Shown here: in pieces, positions 63,101 to 64,000 of the stretch | Numbering within the stretch: the first letter of the stretch is position 1 | How the letters are laid out: each line of letters opens with the position of its first letter | NCBI RefSeq assembly: GCF_006345805.1 | Contig: NC_042997.1 | Span: 22,754,001 to 22,818,000, forward strand | From: Octopus sinensis | Lineage: Eukaryota | DNA length: 64,000 bases | Direction: 5' to 3' | Translations under genes and position numbers: made by a program | Notes under the pieces: model-generated | What the model saw: only the letters and a program-made list of their open reading frames with translations | What the model was told of the DNA's origin: nothing | Database searches by the model: none

Positions 63101-63324
63101 TTACTAAAGAAAGTAAAATTTGTATATGTAGCAGTTTAAAAATACAAAAACTATTTCTTAGAATTAACCTTCAAAATAATTGTTTTATATTACAGGAAGT
63201 ACGTGAAGGTCGCACACAAATGGACAATTTAACAAACAAGTGGTACAAAGAAGTGCGGGCTGTTCCATCAGATTCCAATTCTGAAGAGGACACAGCTTTC
63301 ACACAAGAAACTATTTATCATTAA
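26742..63324 (+). CDS. SLC9A8: Sodium/hydrogen exchanger 8, complete gene, 16 exons, 1911 nt, 636 aa
   Basis: All exons traced with GT-AG ends and consistent phases. NHE8-diagnostic segments: [89 protein letters not shown]. Start could instead be 26733 or 26703. Confidence 0.97.
27386..27499. repeat. Perfect 36-bp inverted repeat around a 42-nt TA/CA/TG microsatellite spacer
   Basis: TATTGTACTGCCAAACCCTTAGCCATTATGTGTGTA (27386-27421) and its exact reverse complement (27464-27499). Confidence 0.95.
28860..29420 (-). mobile_element. Degenerate RTE-like LINE 3' end
   Basis: (ATC)-like tail at ~28860; reverse strand contains CCAGGGAAAAGAGAAAGTGG, resembling the GKRxxGRP region; heavily disrupted. 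Confidence 0.5.
30552..30909 (+). mobile_element. RTE 3' fragment with 3 diverged array units
   Basis: Loops AGTGGCTAA, CGTCGACTTA and TACCGCCTGA, then the 3' block and (GAT)n. Shorter tail-only copies at ~14140-14320, 32545-32740, 36510-36700, 37770-37917 and 44415-44585. Confidence 0.9.
33355..33525 (+). mobile_element. 5' part of a tRNA-derived Octopus SINE
   Basis: GGGAGTGGCTGTGTGG (A-box-like) ... GGTTGAGTCCC (B-box-like) ... CAAGTGTCTTCTA. Confidence 0.7.
34400..35480 (-). mobile_element. R4/Dong/NeSL-like (restriction-endonuclease clade) LINE relic
   Basis: Reverse strand gives [10 protein letters not shown] (~34860-34897), HILYMDD (~34757-34777) and YLGVLE; interrupted by a MITE. 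Confidence 0.55.
35077..35305. mobile_element. piggyBac-type MITE
   Basis: TCAA-CCCTTTCGTTAC ... GTAACGAAAGGG-TTAA, 12-bp perfect TIR. Confidence 0.85.
38330..39240 (+). mobile_element. Degenerate CR1-like LINE RT/3' fragment
   Basis: [13 protein letters not shown] (cf. GVPQGSVLSPTLF) and downstream CR1-like remnants. Confidence 0.55.
39241..40388 (+). mobile_element. pogo-family deletion derivative retaining a Brinker-type DNA-binding domain
   Basis: TIRs TACTGTAAAAACCCATGTAATTTGTG / CATAAATTACATGGGTTTTTATGGTA. ORF 39773-40099 has [29 protein letters not shown]; no DDE domain. Confidence 0.8.
40945..41093 (+). CDS. SLC9A8: NHE8 exon 2
   Basis: ttttgtag|...[17 protein letters not shown]|gtatgt. 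Confidence 0.92.
41234..41314 (+). CDS. SLC9A8: NHE8 exon 3
   Basis: [27 protein letters not shown]|gtaagc. Confidence 0.95.
41387..43095 (-). mobile_element. Deleted Ty3/Gypsy-like LTR retrotransposon
   Basis: Direct repeats 41387-41633 and 42495-42744, both ending CTACA on -. PBS-like TGGTGACTCTGACATG directly after 42495. Gag-like remnant at 41850-42221. 35-bp tandem duplication at 42881-42950. Confidence 0.7.
43850..45000 (+). mobile_element. Fragmented CR1-like LINE interrupted by (CT)n (43957-44022) and an RTE tail (44415-44585)
   Basis: [28 protein letters not shown]; 3' remnant resembling SLFYRYY. Confidence 0.6.
45419..45468 (+). CDS. SLC9A8: NHE8 exon 4
   Basis: ttttaag|[17 protein letters not shown]|gtatgt. 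Confidence 0.9.
46057..46140 (+). CDS. SLC9A8: NHE8 exon 5
   Basis: [28 protein letters not shown]|gtaaag. Confidence 0.97.
46786..46918. repeat. ~130-bp fold-back / MITE-like inverted repeat
   Basis: ATTCACCATAAGACAAGTATTCATC (46796-46820) vs GATGAATACTTGTCTTCTGGTGAAT (46884-46908), 24/25 complementary and extendable outward. Confidence 0.85.
47040..47141 (+). CDS. SLC9A8: NHE8 exon 6
   Basis: [34 protein letters not shown]|gtaaat. Confidence 0.97.
47630..47960 (-). mobile_element. LINE (RTE/L2-like) 3' fragment
   Basis: HVSNKEL...MRWFGHV...[14 protein letters not shown]. Confidence 0.7.
48700..48878 (+). CDS. SLC9A8: NHE8 exon 7
   Basis: AEIAYKL...[11 protein letters not shown]...[14 protein letters not shown]|gtaagt. 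Confidence 0.97.
50101..50239 (+). CDS. SLC9A8: NHE8 exon 8
   Basis: TVLEFASP...[18 protein letters not shown]|gtatccttt (U12 donor). Confidence 0.93.
50240..52578 (+). other. U12-type (minor spliceosome) GT-AG intron, 2339 nt, phase 0
   Basis: 5' site GTATCCTTT; branch site TTCCTTAAT at 52561-52569, ~10 nt from the AG; no polypyrimidine tract. Confidence 0.9.
50492..50876 (-). mobile_element. Near-complete tRNA-derived Octopus SINE inside the U12 intron
   Basis: Head (reverse of CACACAGCCACAC...GAACCATG...GACACTTGCCCAAGG) and 3' part CAGTCATTTGACTG...GACCCCAGGACTTATTCTTTGTAAGCC. Partial copies at ~43480-43710, 54050-54250 and 62050-62200. Confidence 0.8.
52579..52684 (+). CDS. SLC9A8: NHE8 exon 9
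   Basis: [35 protein letters not shown]|gtatta. Confidence 0.95.
52810..53735 (-). mobile_element. CR1-like LINE RT fragment
   Basis: GIVLGPMLF...SYADDTK...DLG...[12 protein letters not shown]...[12 protein letters not shown], with frameshifts. Confidence 0.85.
53870..53912 (-). ncRNA. Minimal type-I hammerhead ribozyme fold (U3-A8 variant), in a probable Penelope-like LTR fragment (~53735-54020)
   Basis: UCUGCA-UUGAUAA-AGGG[CAAAUA]CCCU-GAAAC[AU]GUC-UGCAGA: 6-bp stem I, 4-bp stem II, palindromic ACAUGU, GUC cleavage triplet. Confidence 0.75.
54482..54854. repeat. 373-bp imperfect fold-back element
   Basis: Outer 14 bp perfect (AATAATAAACACAT / ATGTGTTTATTATT). Further complementary blocks, e.g. 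TTTATTATTTATCTGTTGGTTAA vs TTAACCAATTGGCAAATAATAAA. Confidence 0.8.
55066..55182 (+). CDS. SLC9A8: NHE8 exon 10
   Basis: [39 protein letters not shown]|gtaatt. Confidence 0.97.
55660..55742 (+). CDS. SLC9A8: NHE8 exon 11
   Basis: [28 protein letters not shown]|gtaagt. Confidence 0.97.
57054..57165 (+). CDS. SLC9A8: NHE8 exon 12
   Basis: [37 protein letters not shown]|gtgagt. Confidence 0.97.
57851..58600 (+). mobile_element. 5' half of a mariner element with a rearranged left end
   Basis: TIR start TATGAGGTCTGATCAATAAG; transposase HTH region [21 protein letters not shown]...[27 protein letters not shown]. 111-bp-period duplication at 57872-58079. Confidence 0.85.
59408..59550 (+). CDS. 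SLC9A8: NHE8 exon 13
   Basis: [14 protein letters not shown]...[12 protein letters not shown]|gtaaca. Confidence 0.97.
60447..60512 (+). CDS. SLC9A8: NHE8 exon 14
   Basis: [22 protein letters not shown]|gtaagt. Confidence 0.92.
61169..61604 (+). mobile_element. Helentron-associated (HINE/DINE-like) non-autonomous element
   Basis: 5' TACTAGCAGCATAGCCCAGCATTGCCCAGG; 3' AAGTTTCATCAGAATCGG...GACAGACACACACACAGACAAAC...TTTATATATAGA, typical HINE architecture. Confidence 0.65.
62295..62438 (+). CDS. SLC9A8: NHE8 exon 15
   Basis: [18 protein letters not shown]...[14 protein letters not shown]|gttagt. Confidence 0.97.
63196..63324 (+). CDS. SLC9A8: NHE8 exon 16 (terminal)
   Basis: [32 protein letters not shown]...YH*, TAA at 63322-63324. 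Confidence 0.95.
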   Translation, partial: EVREGRTQMDNLTNKWYKEVRAVPSDSNSEEDTAFTQETIYH

Positions 63325-63562
63325 ACAAGTTAATCTTTGGAATTTATAATTTTTTTTTTTTTGTTAAGTAACAATCACTGTGATAAACAAAGCATCTGAT
63401 TTAATTTTAATTCATGAACAACACAAACTAATTTATTGTTGATCTTTTACAAAATATTTTTTCGTGGTATTTGTTTTGTAATCTTGAATTTTACTGTGGG
63501 CTGTTGATATTTTTTATAAAATGTAATTTGTAAATTGATTATAAATATTTAAAACTAATTCT

Positions 63563-63568
63563 AATAAA
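63563..63568 (+). terminator. Candidate NHE8 polyadenylation signal
   Basis: AATAAA ~240 nt after the stop, followed by U/GU-rich sequence. Confidence 0.45.
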
Positions 63569-63735
63569 AGGATGTTCTTTTGCAAGGTTAGTTTTATCAA
63601 TTTATCTCATTTGGAATCTGGATATCAACTTTTTTTTTAATGTATTTTTTTATATCAGTAAGATGGGAGAATTATTGTTAGTAGAGCTGGTATAAAGCCA
63701 GATGGTTATTGTCTTTGTACAGACATAATGTCAAG

Positions 63736-63855
63736 AGCCAAATGCCGACAGTCAAACTGCTGAAAGTCAAAATGTCAACAGTCAAAATGCTGATGGTCAA
63801 ATGCCAACAAGACAAAATTTTGATGGTCAAATTGTTGCTATTCAAAATGCGAACA
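63736..63855 (+). repeat. Eight degenerate 15-nt tandem units (GTCAAAATGCYRACA)
   Basis: Units start at 63736, 63751, 63766, 63781, 63796, 63811, 63826 and 63841. Confidence 0.85.
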
Positions 63856-64000
63856 GATTTTGTTTGCTTTTTTTTTATTTAATAAAAGTAATTAAAAATA
63901 ACTCAATTGGAGTAATATCTTAAATAGAAGAAGGATGTCAATAATTTGCATTTAATGAAAAAGCAAAATACCATATATGTCAGTATATAAGACAACTGGG

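Overview
AT-rich, repeat-dense eukaryotic DNA. The repeat families (CATCATCATCGTTTAACGTCCGCTTTCCATGCTAGCATGGG-tailed elements, tRNA-type SINEs, TA/CA microsatellites) point to Octopus; this is inferred from recalled repeats, not from a search. Two genes sit head-to-head around 26.5-26.75 kb. (1) A complete 16-exon Na+/H+ exchanger 8 (SLC9A8/NHE8) on +, 26742-63324, 636 aa. I traced all exons by hand with consistent phases; intron 8 is a U12 (minor spliceosome) GT-AG intron. (2) An NKRF-like gene with dsRBD-like repeats on -, which runs off the left edge. The introns hold many transposon relics (maT, mariner, pogo, piggyBac-type MITEs, Gypsy LTR, CR1, R4, Helentron-type, Penelope-like). The most notable signals are: a young RTE LINE with an uninterrupted 721-aa EN-RT frame whose 3' UTR carries a variable-copy array of ~62-nt double-hairpin units; a splice acceptor at that LINE's 5' truncation point that is in frame with the host gene's upstream exon; two minimal hammerhead-ribozyme folds with compensatory non-canonical 3-8 pairs (U3-A8 and G3-C8); several intronic fold-backs; and a candidate 21-nt in-frame NHE8 microexon.
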